Of a stretch of 34,814 nt of DNA, positions 32,826-34,814 are shown one piece after another. The notes under the pieces are model-generated. The model did not search any database and was not told the DNA's origin. It was given only the letters and a program-made list of their open reading frames with translations. Positions within the stretch are counted from its first letter, which is position 1. The number at the start of each line of letters is the position of its first letter. A program made the position numbers and the translations under genes. The DNA lies in IMG/VR virus record IMGVR_UViG_3300030524_000003. The stretch is one strand, 5' to 3'. The DNA is from an uncultured virus (IMG/VR IMGVR_UViG_3300030524_000003). Its lineage: Duplodnaviria; Heunggongvirae; Uroviricota; Caudoviricetes.

Positions 32826-34407
32826 GCCAGAGACTAGCGTCTCTAGCCCTGAACGCGAACTTACGGTGCGTGAAGCCTTAGAGGAGGCCGTCAAGTGGCA
32901 CAGCGATCTCTACCGCAACGGCGGGATTGAAGGCGGCTACAGCCCGCTGCTTGCACGCTGGAATGCCGCACTCAAGACTCCCTCTAGCCTCTCTACTGAG
33001 CCAGAGGCTGAAATGACCCAACCATCCGACAACAGCAGTACAGAGATTAGCAGTGAAGCCGAAAAGGAGGATGCCTGCGGGTTATCTATTCCTTCATGCA
33101 AGTGCGTCGCCGATCCTGCGGCAACTAATGAAGCTATGGCTGAATCACCCAAGGCCGAAGCTCCACAAGCCACCGAAGATAATGCCATAAACGGACATTC
33201 TCCCAAGGTATTGGAAGATCTAAAAATGTTGGTAGGTGAAATATTGGACAGAATTGACATGGCGCCCAATGACGATCCACTTCCATACGTGCGCGAATAT
33301 GTTGATGGCATCCGTAAACGCCTCGCTAAGTCTTCCCCCATTGAAGCTCCACGAGTAGAGGGAGAGCTACCGCCGCCCGTTGACTTCTTGGATTACGACT
33401 ACAAATCTCCTCTCTCTGAATATGAGATTCAGTTTGCGAAGAACGCATGGACTTCATACGACGACTCAGGCGAACAGGAATGCGGCCCAGACACGCATGA
33501 AGAGCGCGTACTGATAGAGTTCGCACGAAAGGCGCTCCTCGCATCGCAGTCCGAGGTAGAGAGGCTGAAGGAGAGACTAGCAAGTCGTTTTGACCAAGTA
33601 GCAGAGCTAGCAGGCCGTGCGATGCTTGCAGAAAATAGGCTGGAATACGCCGGTAGTGTCCTAATTTGGTTTTTGTTAGCTTCTGCACTATATCTCTCGG
33701 TTATCGTCGGGCTCTCCAGATTTGGTCCAGATTCCCTTCCTAACAAACAAATCAATATTCTGTTGAGAAACTACAACGCTGGCACTTGCGGCACTAGCAG
33801 CGCTAAGTGCAGCTTGAGCGTTTTTATGTCCAATCTTGAGACCAACCAGCATCATTCTCGACTGATTTCGGTAAACGATTATTTGCCCGACAATCGCACA
33901 GAATTGGAGAAAAGCGCATACAGCGATAACGAATGTCAGCCGGATATTCCAAGTATTGATGCGTTTCTGTTCTGCTATTCTTTGGGCTTCTTCGGCGGCT
34001 TCTTTATCGCTGTGTATGGAGCGTGCATCTACCACCAGCGGAGACGATTGGGTGCCTCTCTTATCGGGCTGGGCGGCCTGTGCGGGGCAATCGCTACCGC
34101 ATACTTTATCTTTGGACTTAGTGGCGGCGGCGAGTGTATATCCATAAAGCAGCACGATTGCCAACAGCAAGGCCAAACACTTCAACATGATGGAGAAAAT
34201 GTATCACAGAAATTTGTAGACGCGGCCTGTCCTCTGATGGGAGGATTAGCGGCATGGAGCTTGCAGGAAAACACCCTATTTGGAATAGAGCCTTTCTCGT
34301 ACTTGAACTGGCCTGTATTCCCCTCGCCCTATGGTGGCTTCCTTATCCCCATTTACCACCCCCTGGATGGGCTGTGGCATTTATCGCTGGAGCGGCGGCG
34401 GCCATGA
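32809..34407 (+). CDS. Mosaic phage protein; the first ~280 aa are phage-like, the remainder reads through inserted DNA
   Basis: RBS GGAGG. The frame stays open across the antisense of 33688..34188 and overlaps the gene starting at 34254. Confidence 0.55.
   Translation: MTTPNKPETSVSSPERELTVREALEEAVKWHSDLYRNGGIEGGYSPLLARWNAALKTPSSLSTEPEAEMTQPSDNSSTEISSEAEKEDACGLSIPSCKCVADPAATNEAMAESPKAEAPQATEDNAINGHSPKVLEDLKMLVGEILDRIDMAPNDDPLPYVREYVDGIRKRLAKSSPIEAPRVEGELPPPVDFLDYDYKSPLSEYEIQFAKNAWTSYDDSGEQECGPDTHEERVLIEFARKALLASQSEVERLKERLASRFDQVAELAGRAMLAENRLEYAGSVLIWFLLASALYLSVIVGLSRFGPDSLPNKQINILLRNYNAGTCGTSSAKCSLSVFMSNLETNQHHSRLISVNDYLPDNRTELEKSAYSDNECQPDIPSIDAFLFCYSLGFFGGFFIAVYGACIYHQRRRLGASLIGLGGLCGAIATAYFIFGLSGGGECISIKQHDCQQQGQTLQHDGENVSQKFVDAACPLMGGLAAWSLQENTLFGIEPFSYLNWPVFPSPYGGFLIPIYHPLDGLWHLSLERRRP
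33688..34188 (-). CDS. Exported/membrane-anchored protein, probably C-terminally truncated
   Basis: Signal peptide, TM helix (LTFVIAVCAFLQFCAIVGQIIVY) and Ala-rich coil; extended -10 TGATACATT just upstream. Confidence 0.65.
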   Translation of the reverse strand: MLKCLALLLAIVLLYGYTLAAATKSKDKVCGSDCPAQAAQPDKRGTQSSPLVVDARSIHSDKEAAEEAQRIAEQKRINTWNIRLTFVIAVCAFLQFCAIVGQIIVYRNQSRMMLVGLKIGHKNAQAALSAASAASASVVVSQQNIDLFVRKGIWTKSGEPDDNREI

Positions 34408-34814
34408 GCGTTCACGACGATATGAAGGGGTGGCAGAAGGGTCTGTGGATGCTACTTATAGGTGCGTTCCTAATAACTGAACTGCGGGCGATTAATAAGG
34501 ATCGCACGGATAATCAGACTCAAGCTATTAACGACAGAAAAGAACAGGATAAGCAGTTTCAGTCCGTCCGCGAGCAGCAAGATAAAGACTTCCAAAGCAC
34601 TGCTCAAGGGCTAAAAGATTCCTACATCCAGTCTCAAAAACAGTTCGATTCGACGATGGGGGGTCTGAGCAATACTCTAAAAACCATTAAGATTGTCCTC
34701 GCCAATGCGGAAGCAGCACGCAAAAACACGGAGCCTTTCGCAAAGGTTGTATTGATAAATGTTGGAACAAGTTTGCCCGATTCTTCAGGCATGATGGCTC
34801 CTCCGAAGTTTACG
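34254..34814 (+). CDS. Multi-TM membrane protein with coiled coil (partial; runs off the window)
   Basis: Translated by hand: MELAGKHPIWNRAFLVLELACIPLALWWLP..., open to the window end. RBS GGGAGGA; three hydrophobic segments. Confidence 0.75.
   Translation, partial: MELAGKHPIWNRAFLVLELACIPLALWWLPYPHLPPPGWAVAFIAGAAAAMSVHDDMKGWQKGLWMLLIGAFLITELRAINKDRTDNQTQAINDRKEQDKQFQSVREQQDKDFQSTAQGLKDSYIQSQKQFDSTMGGLSNTLKTIKIVLANAEAARKNTEPFAKVVLINVGTSLPDSSGMMAPPKFT

Larger units (their letters stand above)
1..34814. mobile_element. Tailed phage/prophage genome segment (Caudoviricetes, podovirus-like head module)
   Basis: Terminase, portal and major capsid genes in canonical order, plus dense small phage-type ORFs across the whole window. 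No host housekeeping genes. Confidence 0.95.

Noticed and set aside
1..34814. tRNA genes, integrase/att sites, lysis cassette, DNA polymerase or primase
   Set aside because: No convincing motifs were seen by eye; they may lie outside the window.

Overview
The window is about 35 kb of a tailed phage or prophage (Caudoviricetes, podovirus-type head genes). A PEP-CTERM protein, an 'LPDAP'-type secreted protein and the IS1595 remnant suggest an Acidobacteria-like Gram-negative host (inference). Positions 1-11.8 kb are a minus-strand packaging and head operon: membrane protein, putative TerS, TerL, Zn-finger protein, portal, small head-module genes, scaffold, major capsid protein, decoration and adaptor proteins. 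An antisense HNH-AP2 endonuclease is inserted after the portal. Positions 11.8-12.4 kb are a highly structured non-coding region with divergent promoters, directly upstream of an RNase H gene. Positions 13.5-19.4 kb are a leftward accessory and regulatory arm containing a 5'-truncated IS1595 remnant with passenger genes. At 18.6-18.9 kb there are three palindromic operator-like sites, a very G-rich tract and a GC-skew switch. Positions 19.5-34.8 kb are a rightward arm of small early-type genes, including a PEP-CTERM protein, a second HNH-AP2, a small HNH, a pentapeptide-repeat protein and several counter-oriented moron-like genes. I recognised no integrase, DNA polymerase, primase, helicase, reverse transcriptase, tRNA, CRISPR array or lysis gene. 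The most interesting signals are: (i) a candidate antisense-controlled structured RNA with a G-quadruplex motif coupled to RNase H; (ii) an unannotated 20-aa protamine-like peptide gene in the head operon; (iii) a phage-encoded PEP-CTERM protein; (iv) a CATGC-AA-GCAT operator shared by the late promoter and early-region promoters. All calls were made by eye, without database searches.
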